Notes under the pieces: model-generated | The model's database searches: none | What the model was told of the DNA's origin: nothing | What the model saw: only the letters and a program-made list of their open reading frames with translations | Shown: positions 15,201 to 30,200 of the stretch, in pieces | Layout: every line of letters begins with the position of its first letter | How positions within the stretch are numbered: the first letter of the stretch is position 1 | Made by a program: the position numbers and the translations under genes | Assembly: GCA_964016885.1 (NCBI GenBank) | Contig: OZ024748.1 | Span: 24,490,001 to 24,554,000, forward strand | Direction of reading: 5' to 3' | Origin: Eledone cirrhosa | Lineage: Eukaryota | Length of the DNA: 64,000 nucleotides

Positions 15201-18200
15201 TATCTACAATACTTGACTTGATCCTCGTTGCCAGTCAACTATCTACAATAATTGACTTGATCCTTGTTGCCAGTCAACTATCTACAATACTTGACTTGAT
15301 CCTTGTTTTCAGTCAACTATCTACAATACTTGACTTGATCCTGGTTGCCAGTCAACTATCTACAATACTTGACTTGATCCTTGTTTTCAGTCAACTATCT
15401 ACAATACTTGACTTGATCCTTGTTGCCAGTCAACTATCTACAATAATTGACTTGATCCTTGTTGCCAGTCAACTATCTACAATACATGACTTGATCCCTG
15501 TTGTCAGTCAACTATCTACAATACTTGACTTGATCCTTGTTGTCAGTCAACTATCTACAATACTTGACTTGATCCTTGTTTTCAGTCAACCATCTACAAT
15601 ATTTGACTTGATCCTTGTTGTCAGTCAACTATCTACAATAATTGACTTGATCCTTGTTGTCAGTCAATTATCTACAATACTTAACTTTATCCTTGTTGTC
15701 AGTCAACTATCTACAATACTTGACTTGATCCTTGTTGCCAGTCAACTATCTACAATAATTGACTTGATCCTTGTTGCCAGTCAACTATCTACAATACTTG
15801 ACTTGATCCTTGTTGTCAGTCAACTATCTACAATACTTGACTTGATCCTGGTTGCCAGTCAACTATCTACAATACTTGACTTGATCCTTGTTGTCAGTCA
15901 ACTATCTACAATACTTGACTTGATGCTGGTTGTCAGTCAACTATCTACAATACTTGACTTGATCCTTGTTGTCAGTCAACTATCTACAATACTTGACTTT
16001 ATCCTTGTTGCCAGTCAACTATCTACAATACTTGACTTGATCCTTGTTGTCAGTCAACTATCTACAATACTTGACTTGATCCTGGTTGCCAGTCATCTAT
16101 CTACAATACTTGACTTGATCCTTGTTGTCAGTCAACTATCTACAATACTTGACTTGATCCTGGTTGTCAGTCAACTATCTACAATACTTGACTTGATCCT
16201 TGTTTTCAGTCAACTATCTACAATAATTGACTTAATCCTTGTTGCCAGTCAACTATCTCCAATACTTGACTTGATCCTTGTTGCCAGTCAACTATCTACA
16301 ATACTTGACTTGATCCTTGTTTTCAGTCAACCATCTACAATAATTGACTTGATCCTTGTTGTTAGTCAACTATCTACAATACTTAACTTTATCCTTGTTG
16401 TCAGTCAACTATCTACAATACTTCACTTGATCCTTGTTGCCAGTCAACTATCTACAATAATTGACTTGATCCTTGTTGCCAGTCAACTATCTACAATACT
16501 TGACTTGATCCTTGTTGCCAGTCAACTATCAACAATACTTGACTTGATCCTTGTTTTCAGTCAACTATCTACAATAATTGACTTGATCCTTGTTGTCAGT
16601 CAACTATCTACAATACTTAACTTTATCCTTGTTGTCAGTCAACTATCTACAATACATGACTTGATCCTTGTTGTCAGTCAACTATCTACAATACTTGACT
16701 TGATCCTTGTTGTCAGTCAACTATCTACAATACTTGACTTGATACTTGTTTTCAGTCAACCATCTACAATAATTGACTTGATCCTTGTTGTCAGTCAACT
16801 ATCTACAAAAATTGACTTGATCCTTGTTGTCAGTCAACTATCTACAATACTTAACTTCATCCTTGTTGTCAGTCAACTATCTACAATACTTGCCTTGATC
16901 CTTGTTGCCAGTCAACTATCTACAATAATTGACTTGATCCTTGTTGCCAGTCAAATATCTACAATACTTGACTTGATCCTTGTTGCCTGTCAACTATCTT
17001 CAATACTTGACTTGATCCTTGTTTTCAGTCAACTATCTACAATAATTGACTTGATCCTTGTTGTCAGTCAACTATCTACAATACTTAACTTTAACCTTGT
17101 TGTCAGTCAACTATCTACAATACTTGACTTGATCCTTGTTGTCAGTCAACTATCTACAATACTTGACTTGATCCTTGTTGCCAGTCAACTATCTACAATA
17201 ATTGACTTGATCCTTGTTGTCAGTCAACTATCTACAATAATTGACTTGATCCTTGTTGTCAGTCAACTATCTACAATACTTAACTTTAACCTTGTTGTCA
17301 GTCAACTATCTACAATACTTGACTTGATCCTTGTTGCCAGTCAACTATCTACAATAATTGACTTGATCCTTGTTGCCAGTCAACTATCTACAATACTTGA
17401 CTTGATCCTTGTTTTCAGTCAACTATCTACAATACTTGACTTGATCCTGGTTGCCAGTCAACTATCTACAATACTTGACTTGATCCTTGTTGTCAGTCAA
17501 CTATCTACATTACTTGACTTTATCCTTGTTGCCAGTCAACTATCTACAATACTTGACTTGATCCTTGTTGCCAGTCAACTATCTACAATAATTGACTTGA
17601 TCCTTGTTGCCAGTCAACTATCTACAATACTTGACTTGATCCTTGTTGCCTGTTAACTATCTTCAATACTTGACTTGATCCTTGTTTTCAGTCAACTATC
17701 TACAATAATTGACTTGATCCTTGTTGTCAGTCAACTATCTACAATACTTAACTTTATCCTTGTTGTCAGTCAACTATCTACAATACTTGACTTGATCCTT
17801 GTTTTCAGTCAACTATCTACAATAATTGACTTGATCCTTGTTGTCAGTCAACTATCTACAATACTTGACTTGATCCTTGTTGTCAGTCAACTATCTACAA
17901 TACTTGACTTGATCCTGGTTGCCAGTCAACTATCTACAATACTTGACTTGATCCTTGTTGTCAGTCAACTATCTACAATACTTGACTTGATCCTGGTTGC
18001 CAGTCAACAATCTACAATATTTTACTTGATCCTTGTTGTCAGTCAACTATCTACATTACTTGACTTTATCCTTGTTGCCAGTCAACTATCTACAATACTT
18101 GACTTGATCCTTGTTGTCAGTCAACTATCTACAATACTTGACTTGATCCTTGTTGCCAGTCAACTATCTACAATAATTGACTTGATCCTTGTTGCCAGTC

Positions 18201-21200
18201 AACTATCTACAATACTTGACTTGATCCTTGTTTTCAGTCAACTATCTACAATACTTGACTTGATCCTGGTTGCCAGTCAACTATCTACAATATTTTACTT
18301 GATCCTTGTTGTCAGTCAACTATCTACATTACTTGACTTTATCCTTGTTGCCAGTCAACTATCTACAATACTTGACTTGATCCTTGTTGTCAGTCAACTA
18401 TCTACAATACTTGACTTGATCCTGGTTGCCAGTCAACTATCTACAATACTTGACTTGATCCTTGTTGTCAGTCACCTATCTACAATACTTGACTTGATGC
18501 TGGTTGTCAGTCAACTATCTACAATACTTGACTTGATCCTTGTTGTCAGTCAACCATCTACAATAATTGACTTGATCCTTGTTGTCAGTCAACTATCTAC
18601 AAAAATTGACTTGATCCTTGTTGTCAGTCAACTATCTACAATACTTAACTTTATCCTTGTTGTCAGTCAACTATCTACAATACTTGACTTGATCCTTGTT
18701 GCCAGTCAACTATCTACAATAATTGACTTGATCCTTGTTGCCAGTCAACTATCTACAATACTTGACTTGATCCTTGTTGCCTGTCAACTATCTACAATAC
18801 TTGACTTGATCCTTGTTGCCAGTCAACTATCTACAATAATTGACTTGATCCTTGTTGCCAGTCAACTATCTACATTACTTGACTTTATCCTTGTTGCCAG
18901 TCAACTATCTACAATACTTGACTTGATCCTTGTTGTCAGTCAACTATCTACAATACTTGACTTGATCCTGGTTGCCAGTCAACTATCTACAATACTTGAC
19001 TTGATCCTTGTTGTCAGTCAACTATCTACAATACTTGACTTTATCCTTGTTGCCAGTCAACTATCTACAATACTTGACTTGATCCTTGTTGTCAGTCAAC
19101 TATCTACAATACTTGTTCTTGATCCTGGTTGTCAGTCAACTATCTACAATACTTGACTTGATCCTTGTTGCCAGTCAACTATCTACAATAATTGACTTGA
19201 TCCTTGTTGCCAGTCAACTATCTACAATACTTGACTTGATCCTTGTTGCCTGTCAACTATCTACAATACTTGACTTGATCCTTGTTTTCAGTCAACCATC
19301 TACAATAATTGACTTGATCCTTGTTGTCAGTCAACTATCTACAAAAATTGACTTGATCCTTGTTGTCAGTCAACTATCTACAATACTTAACTTTATCCTT
19401 GTTGTCAGTCAACTATCTACAATACTTGACTTGATCCTTGTTGTCAGTCAACTATCTACAATACTTAACTTTAACCTTGTTGTCAGTCAACTATCTACAA
19501 TACTTGACTTGATCCTTGTTGCCAGTCAACTATCTACAATAATTGACTTGATCCTTGTTGCCAGTCAACTATCTACAATACTTGACTTGATCCTTGTTTT
19601 CAGTCAACTATCTACAATACTTGTCTTGATCCTGGTTGCCAGTCAACTATCTACAATATTTTACTTGATCCTTGTTGTCAGTCAATTATCTACATTACTT
19701 GACTTTATCCTTGTTGCCAGTCAACTATCTACAATACTTGACTTGATCCTTGTTGTCAGTCAACTATCTACAATACTTGACTTGATGCTGGTTGTCAGTC
19801 AACTATCTACAATACTTGACTTGATCCTTGTTGTCAGTCAACCATCTACAATAATTGACTTGATCCTTGTTGTCAGTCAACTATCTACAAAAATTGACTT
19901 GATCCTTGTTGTCAGTCAACTATCTACAATACTTAACTTTATCCTTGTTGTCAGTCAACTATCTACAATACTTGACTTGATCCTTGTTGCCAGTCAACTA
20001 TCTACAATAATTGACTTGATCCTTGTTGCCAGTCAACTATCTACAATACTTGACTTGATCCTTGTTGCCTGTCAACTATCTACAATACTTGACTTGATCC
20101 TTGTTGCCAGTCAACTATCTACGATAATTGACTTGATCCTTGTTGCCAGTCAACTATCTACATTACTTGACTTTATCCTTGTTGCCAGTCAACTATCTAC
20201 AATACTTGACTTGATCCTTGTTGTCAGTCAACTATCTACAATACTTGACTTGATCCTGGTTGCCAGTCAACTATCTACAATACTTGACTTGATCCTTGTT
20301 GTCAGTCAACTATCTACAATACTTGACTTTATCCTTGTTGCCAGTCAACTATCTACAATACTTGACTTGATCCTTGTTGTCAGTCAACTATCTACAATAC
20401 TTGTTCTTGATCCTGGTTGTCAGTCAACTATCTACAATACTTGACTTGATCCTTGTTGCAAGTCAACTATCTACAATAATTGACTTGATCCTTGTTGCCA
20501 GTCAACTATCTACAATACTTGACTTGATCCTTGTTGCCTGTTAACTATCTTCAATACTTGACTTGATCCTTGTTTTCAGTCAACTATCTACAATAATTGA
20601 CTTGATCCTTGTTGTCAGTCAACTATCTACAATACTTAACTTTATCCTTGTTGTCAGTCAACTATCTACAATACTTGACTTGATCCTTGTTTTCAGTCAA
20701 CTATCTACAATAATTGACTTGATCCTTGTTGTCAGTCAACTATCTACAATACTTGACTTGATCCTTGTTGTCAGTCAACTATCTACAATACTTGACTTGA
20801 TCCTGGTTGCCAGTCAACTATCTACAATACTTGACTTGATCCTTGTTGTCAGTCAACTATCTACAATACTTGACTTGATCCTGGTTGCCAGTCAACAATC
20901 TACAATATTTTACTTGATCCTTGTTGTCAGTCAACTATCTACATTACTTGACTTTATCCTTGTTGCCAGTCAACTATCTACAATACTTGACTTGAACCTT
21001 GTTGTCAGTCAACTATCTACAATACTTGACTTGATCCTGGTTGCCACTCAACTATCTACAATACTTGACTTGATCCTTGTTGTCAGTCAACTATCTACAA
21101 TACTTGACTTGATGCTGGTTGTCAGTCAACTATCTACAATACTTGACTTGATCCTTGTTGTCAGTCAACTATCTACAATACTTGACTTTATCCTTGTTGC

Positions 21201-24200
21201 CAGTCAACTATCTACAATACTTGACTTGATCCTTGTTGTCAGTCAACTATCTACAATACTTGACTTGATCCTGGTTGCCAGTCAACTATCTACAATACTT
21301 GACTTGATCCTTGTTGTCAGTCAACTATCTACAATACTTGACTTGATCCTGGTTGTCAGTCAACTATCTACAATACTTGACTTGATCCTTGTTTTCAGTC
21401 AACTATCTACAATAATTGACTTAATCCTTGTTGCCAGTCAACTATCTCCAATACTTGACTTGATCCTTGTTGCCAGTCAACTATCTACAATACTTGACTT
21501 GATCTTTGTTTTCAGTCAACCATCTACAATAATTGACTTGATCCTTGTTGTTAGTCAACTATCTACAATACTTAACTTTATCCTTGTTGTCAGTCAACTA
21601 TCTACAATACTTGACTTGATCCTTGTTGTCAGTCAACTATCTACAATACTTGACTTGATCCTTGTTGTCAGTCAACTATCTACAATACTTGACTTGATCC
21701 TTGTTGTCAGTCAACTATCTACAATACTTGACTTGATCCTTGTTGTCAGTCAACTATCTACAATAATTGTCTTGATCCTTGTTGTCAGTCAACTATCTAC
21801 AATAATTGACTTGATCCTTGTTGCCAGTCAACTATCTACAATACTTGACTTGATCCTTGTTTTCAGTCAACTATCTACAATACTTGACTTGATCCTGGTT
21901 GCCAGTCAACTATCTACAATATTTTACTTGATCCTTGTTGTCAGTCAACTATCTACATTACTTGACTTTATCCTTGTTGCCAGTCAACTATCTACAATAC
22001 TTGACTTGATCCTTGTTGTCAGTCAACTATCTACAATACTTGACTTGATGCTGGTTGTCAGTCAACTATCTACAATACTTGACTTGATCCTTGTTGTCAG
22101 TCAACCATCTACAATAATTGACTTGATCCTTGTTGTCAGTCAACTATCTACAAAAATTGACTTGATCCTTGTTGTCAGTCAACTATCTACAATACTTAAC
22201 TTTATCCTTGTTGTCAGTCAACTATCTACAATACTTGACTTGATCCTTGTTGCCAGTCAACTATCTACAATAATTGACTTGATCCTTGTTGCCAGTCAAC
22301 TATCTACAATACTTGACTTGATCCTTGTTGCCTGTCAACTATCTACAATACTTGACTTGATCCTTGTTGCCAGTCAACTATCTACGATAATTGACTTGAT
22401 CCTTGTTGCCAGTCAACTATCTACATTACTTGACTTTATCCTTGTTGCCAGTCAACTATCTACAATACTTGACTTGATCCTGGTTGCCAGTCAACTATCT
22501 ACAATACTTGACTTGATCCTTGTTGTCAGTCAACTATCTACAATACTTGACTTTATCCTTGTTGCCAGTCAACTATCTACAATACTTGACTTGATCCTTG
22601 TTGTCAGTCAACTATCTACAATACTTGTTCTTGATCCTTGTTGTCAGTCAACTATCTACAATACTTGACTTGATCCTTGTTGTCAGTCAACTATCTACAA
22701 TACTTGACTTGATCCTGGTTGCCAGTCAACTATCTACAATACTTGACTTGATCCTTGTTGTCAGTCAACTATCTACAATACTTGACTTGATCCTGGTTGC
22801 CAGTCAACAATCTACAATATTTTACTTGATCCTTGTTGTCAGTCAACTATCTACATTACTTGACTTTATCCTTGTTGCCAGTCAACTATCTACAATACTT
22901 GACTTGAACCTTGTTGTCAGTCAACTATCTACAATACTTGACTTGATCCTGGTTGCCACTCAACTATCTACAATACTTGACTTGATCCTTGTTGTCAGTC
23001 AACTATCTACAATACTTGACTTGATGCTGGTTGTCAGTCAACTATCTACAATACTTGACTTGATCCTTGTTGTCAGTCAACTATCTACAATACTTGACTT
23101 TATCCTTGTTGCCAGTCAACTATCTACAATACTTGACTTGATCCTTGTTGTCAGTCAACTATCTACAATACTTGACTTGATCCTGGTTGCCAGTCAACTA
23201 TCTACAATACTTGACTTGATCCTTGTTGTCAGTCAACTATCTACAATACTTGACTTGATCCTGGTTGTCAGTCAACTATCTACAATACTTGACTTGATCC
23301 TTGTTTTCAGTCAACTATCTACAATAATTGACTTAATCCTTGTTGCCAGTCAACTATCTCCAATACTTGACTTGATCCTTGTTGCCAGTCAACTATCTAC
23401 AATACTTGACTTGATCTTTGTTTTCAGTCAACCATCTACAATAATTGACTTGATCCTTGTTGTTAGTCAACTATCTACAATACTTAACTTTATCCTTGTT
23501 GTCAGTCAACTATCTACAATACTTGACTTGATCCTTGTTGTCAGTCAACTATCTACAATACTTGACTTGATCCTTGTTGTCAGTCAACTATCTACAATAC
23601 TTGACTTGATCCTTGTTGTCAGTCAACTATCTACAATACTTGACTTGATCCTTGTTGTCAGTCAACTATCTACAATAATTGTCTTGATCCTTGTTGTCAG
23701 TCAACTATCTACAATACTTGACTTGATCCTTGTTGTCAGTCAACTATCTACAATACATGACTTGATACTTGTTGTCAGTCAACTATCTACAACACTTGAC
23801 TTGATCCTTTTTGTCAGTCAACTATCTACAATACTTGACTTGATCCTTGTTGTCAGTCAACTATCTACAATACTTGACTTGATCCTTGTTGTCAGTCAAC
23901 TATCTACAATACTTGACTTGATCCTTGTTGCCATTCAACTATCTACAATACTTGACTTGATCCTTGTTGTCAGTCAACTATCTATAATACTTGACTTGAT
24001 CCTTGTTATCAGTCAACTATCTACAATACTTGACTTGATCCTTGTTTTCAGTCAACTATCTATAATACTTGACTTAATCCTTGTTGTCAGTCAACTATCT
24101 AAATACTTGACTTGATCCTGGTTGCCAGTCAACTATCTACAATACTTGACCTGATCCTTGTTGCCAGTCAACTATCTACAATACTTGACTTGATCCTTGT

Positions 24201-27200
24201 TGTCAGTCAACTGTCTACAATAATTGACTTGATCCTTGTTGTCAGTCAACTATCTATAATACTTGACTTGATCCTTGTTGTCAGTCAACTATCTACAATA
24301 ATTGACTTGATCCTTGTTGTCAGTCAACTATCTACAATACTTGACTTGATCCTTGTTGCCAGTCAACTATCTACAATACTTGACTTGATCCTTGTTGTCA
24401 GTCCACTATCTACAATACTTGACTTTATCCTTGTTGCCAGTCAACTATCTACAATACTTGACTTGATCCTTGTTGCCAGTCAACTATCTACAATACTTGA
24501 CTTGATCCTTGTTGTCAGTCAACTATCTACAATAATTGACTTGATCCTTGTTGTCAGTCAACTATCTTTAATACTTGACTTGATCCTTGTTGTCAGTCAA
24601 CTATCTACAATACTTAACTTTATCCTTGTTGTCAGTCAACTATCTACAATAATTGACTTGATCCTTGTTGCCAGTCAACTATCTACAATACTTGACTTGA
24701 TCCTTGTTGCCAGTCAACTATCTACAATACTTGACTTGATCCTTGTTGTCAGTCAACTATCTACAATAATTGACTTGATCCTTGTTGTCAGTCAACTATC
24801 TACAATAATTGACTTGATCCTTGTTGCCAGTCAACTATCTACAATACTTGACTTGATCCTTGTTGTCAGTCAACTATCTACAATACTTGACTTGATCCTT
24901 GTTGTCAGTCAACTATCTACAATACTTGACTTGATCCTTGTTGTCAGTCAACTATCTACAATACTTGACTTTATCCTTGTTGTCAGTCAACTATCTACAA
25001 TACTTGACTTGATCCTTGTTGTCAGTCAACTATCTACAATACTTAACTTGATCCTTGTTGCCAGTCAACTATCTACAATACTTGACTTGATCCTTGTTGT
25101 CAGTCAACTATCTACAATACTTGACTTGATCCTTGTTGTCAGTCAACTATCTACAATACTTGACTTGATCCTTAGTGGTCAGTCAACTATCTACAATAAT
25201 TGTCTTGATCCTTGTGGTCAGTCAACTATCTACAATATTTGACTTTGTCCTTGTTGTCAGTCAACTATCTACAATACTTGACTTGAACCTTGTTGTCAGT
25301 CAACTATCTACAATACAAGACTTGATCCTTGTTGTCAGTTAACTATCTACAATACTTGACTTTATCCTTGTTGTCAGTCAACTATCTACAATACTTGACT
25401 TTATCCTTGTTGTCAGTCAACTATCTACAATATTTGACTTTATCCTTGTTGTCAGTCAACTATCTACAATAATTGACTTGATCCTTGTTGTCAGTCAACT
25501 ATCTACAATACTTGACTTGATCCTTGTTGTCAGTCAACTATCTACAATAATTGACTTGATCCTTGTTGTCAGTCAACTATCTACAATACTTGACTTGATC
25601 CTTGTTGTCAGTCAACTATGTACAATAATTGACTTGATCCTTATTGTCAGTCAACTATCTTTAATACTTGACTTGATCCTTGTTGTCAGTCAACTATCTA
25701 CAATACTTGACTTGATCCTTGTTGTCAGTCAACTATCTACAATAATTGTCTTGATCCTTGTTGTCAGTCAACTATCTACAATACTTGACTTGATCCTTGT
25801 TGCCAGTCAACTATCTACAATACTTGACTTGATCCTTGTTGTCAGTCAACTATCTACAATAATTGACTTGATCCTTGTTGTCAGTCAACTATCTACAATA
25901 ATTGACTTGATCCTTGTTGCCAGTCAACTATCTACAATACTTGACTTGATCCTTGTTGTCAGTCAACTATCTACAATACTTGACTTGATCCTTGTTGTCA
26001 GTCAACTATCTACAATACTTGACTTGATCCTTGTTGTCAGTCAACTATCTACAATACTTGACTTTATCCTTGTTGTCAGTCAACTATCTACAATACTTGA
26101 CTTGATCCTTGTTGTCAGTCAACTATCTACAATACTTGACTTGGTCCTTGTTGTCAGTCAACTATCTACAACACTTGACTTGATCCTTGTTGTCAGTCAA
26201 CTATCTACAATACTTGACTTGATCCTTGTTGTCAGTCAACTATCTACAATACTTGACTTGATCCTTGTTGTCAGTCAACTATCTACAATACTTAACTTGA
26301 ACCTTGTTGTCAGTCAACTATCTACAATAATTGACTTGATCCTTGTTGTCAGTCAACTATCTACAATAATTGACTTGATCCTTGTTGTCAGTCAACTATC
26401 TACAATACTTGACTTTATCCTTGTTGTCAGTCAACTATCTACAATACTTGACTTGATCCTTATTGTCAGTCAACTATCTACAATACTTGACTTGATCCTT
26501 GTTGTCAGTCAACTATCTACAATACTTGACTTGAACCTTGTTGTCAGTCAACTATCTACAATAATTGACTTGATCCTTGTTGTCAGTCAACTATCTACAA
26601 TACTTGACTTTATCCTTGTTGTCAGTCAACTATCTACAATAATTGACTTGATCCTTGTTGTCAGTCAACTATCTACAATACTTGACTTGATCCTTGTTGT
26701 CAGTCAACTATCTACAATACTAGACTTGATCCTTGTTGTCAGTCAACTATCTACAATACTTGACTTGATCCTTGTTGTCAGTCAACTATCTACAATACTT
26801 GACTTTATCCTTGTTGTCAGTCAACTATCTACAATACTTGACTTTATCCTTGTTGTCAGTCAACTATCTACAATAATTGACTTGATCCTTGTTGTCTGTC
26901 AACTATCTACAATACTTGACTTGATCCTTGTTGTCAGTCAACTATCTACAATAATTGACTTGATCCTTGTTGTCAGTCAACTATCTACAATACTTGACTT
27001 GATCCTTGTTGTCAGTCAACTATGTACAATAATTGACTTGATCCTTGTTGTCAGTCAACTATCTTTAATACTTGACTTGATCCTTGTTGTCAGTCAACTA
27101 TCTACAATACTTAACTTTATCCTTGTTGTCAGTCAACTATCTACAATAATTGACTTGATCCTTGTTGCCAGTCAACTATCTATAATACTTAACTTTATCC

Positions 27201-30200
27201 TTGTTGTCAGTCAACTATCTACAATACTTAACTTTATCCTTGTTGTCAGTCAACTATCTACAATACTTAACTTTATCCTTGTTGTCAGTCAACTATCTAC
27301 AATACTTGACTTGATCCTTGTTGTCAGTCAACTATCTACAATACTTGACTTGATCCTTGTTTTCAGTCAACTATCTACAATAATTGACTTAATCCTTGTT
27401 GCCAGTCAACTATCTCCAATACTTGACTTGATCCTTGTTGCCAGTCAACTATCTACAATACGTAACTTTATCCTTGTTGTCAGTCAACTATCTACAATAC
27501 TTGACTTGATCCTTGTTGCCAGTCAACTATCTACAATACTTGACTTTATCCTTGTTGCCAGTCAACTATCTACAATACTTGACTTTTCCTTGTTGTCAGT
27601 CAACTATCTACAATACTTGACTTGATCCTTGTTTTCAGTCAACTATCTACAATAATTGACTTGATCCTTGTTGTCAGTCAACTATCTACAATACTTGACT
27701 TGATCCTTGTTGTCAGTCAACTATCTACAATACTTGACTTGATCCTTGTTTTCAGTCAACCATCTACAATAATTGACTTGATCCTTGTTGTCAGGCAACT
27801 ATCTACAATAATTGACTTGATCCTTGTTGTCAGTCAATTATCTACAATACTTAACTTTATCCTTGTTGTCAGTCAACTATCTACAATACTTGACTTGATC
27901 CTTGTTGCCAGTCAACTATCTACAATAATTGACTTGATCCTTGTTGCCAGTCAACTATCTACAATACTTGACTTGATCCTTGTTGTCAGTCAACTATCTA
28001 CAATACTTGACTTGATCCTGGTTGCCAGTCAACTATCTACAATACTTGACTTGATCCTTGTTTTCAGTCAACTATCTACAATAATTGACTTAATCCTTGT
28101 TGCCAGTCAACTATCTCCAATACTTGACTTGATCCTTGTTGCCAGTCAACTATCTACAATACGTAACTTTATCCTTGTTGTCAGTCAACTATCTACAATA
28201 CTTGACTTGATCCTTGTTGCCAGTCAACTATCTACAATACTTGACTTTATCCTTGTTGCCAGTCAACTATCTACAATACTTGACTTTTCCTTGTTGTCAG
28301 TCAACTATCTACAATACTTGACTTGATCCTTGTTTTCAGTCAACTATCTACAATAATTGACTTGATCCTTGTTGTCAGTCAACTATCTACAATACTTGAC
28401 TTGATCCTTGTTGTCAGTCAACTATCTACAATACTTGACTTGATCCTTGTTTTCAGTCAACCATCTACAATAATTGACTTGATCCTTGTTGTCAGTCAAC
28501 TATCTACAATAATTGACTTGATCCTTGTTGTCAGTCAATTATCTACAATACTTAACTTTATCCTTGTTGTCAGTCAACTATCTACAATACTTGACTTGAT
28601 CCTTGTTGCCAGTCAACTATCTACAATAATTGACTTGATCCTTGTTGCCAGTCAACTATCTACAATACTTGACTTGATCCTTGTTGTCAGTCAACTATCT
28701 ACAATACTTGACTTGATCCTGGTTGCCAGTCAACTATCTACAATACTTGACTTGATCCTTGTTGTCAGTCAACTATCTACAATACTTGACTTGATGCTGG
28801 TTGTCAGTCAACTATCTACAATACTTGACTTGATCCTTGTTGTCAGTCAACTATCTACAATACTTGACTTGATCCTGGTTGCCAGTCAACTATCTACAAT
28901 ACTTGACTTGATCCTTGTTGTCAGTCAACTATCTACAATACTTGACTTGATCCTGGTCGTCAGTCAACTATCTACAATACTTGACTTGATCCTTGTTTTC
29001 AGTCAACTATCTACAATAATTGACTTAATCCTTGTTGCCAGTCAACTATCTCCAATACTTGACTTGATCCTTGTTGCCAGTCAACTATCTACAATACTTG
29101 ACTTGATCCTTGTTTTCAGTCAACCATCTACAATAATTGACTTGATCCTTGTTGTTAGTCAACTATCTACAATACTTAACTTTATCCTTGTTGTCAGTCA
29201 ACTATCTACAATACTTGACTTGATCCTTGTTGCCAGTCAACTATCTACAATAATTGACTTGATCGTTGTTGCCAGTCAACTATCTACAATACTTGACTTG
29301 ATCCTTGTTGCCAGTCAACTATCAACAATACTTGACTTGATCCTTGTTTTCAGTCAACTATCTACAATAATTGACTTGATCCTTGTTGTCAGTCAACTAT
29401 CTACAATACTTAACTTTATCCTTGTTGTCAGTCAACTATCTACAATTCATGACTTGATCCTTGTTGTCAGTCAACTATCTACAATACTTGACTTGATCCT
29501 TGTTTTCAGTCAACCATCTACAATAATTGACTTGATCCTTGTTGTCAGTCAACTATCTACAAAAATTGACTTGATCCTTGTTGTCAGTCAACTATCTACA
29601 ATACTTAACTTTATCCTTGTTGTCAGTCAACTATCTACAATACTTGCCTTGATCCTTGTTGCCAGTCAACTATCTACAATAATTGACTTGATCCTTGTTG
29701 CCAGTCAAATATCTACAATACTTGACTTGATCCTTGTTGCCTGTCAACTATCTTCAATACTTGACTTGATCCTTGTTTTCAGTCAACTATCTACAATAAT
29801 TGACTTGATCCTTGTTGTCAGTCAACTATCTACAATACTTAACTTTATCCTTGTTGTCAGTCAACTATCTACAATACTTGACTTGATCCTTGTTGTCAGT
29901 CAACTATCTACAATACTTGACTTGATCCTTGTTTTCAGTCAACTATCTACAATAATTGACTTAATCCTTGTTGCCAGTCAACTATCTCCAATACTTGACT
30001 TGATCCTTGTTGCCAGTCAACTATCTACAATACGTAACTTTATCCTTTTTTTCAGTCAACTATCTACAATAATTGACTTGATCCTTGTTGTCAGTCAACT
30101 ATCTACAATACTTGACTTGATCCTTGTTGTCAGTCAACTATCTACAATACTTGACTTGATCCTGGTTGCTAGTCAACTATCTACAATACTTGACTTGATC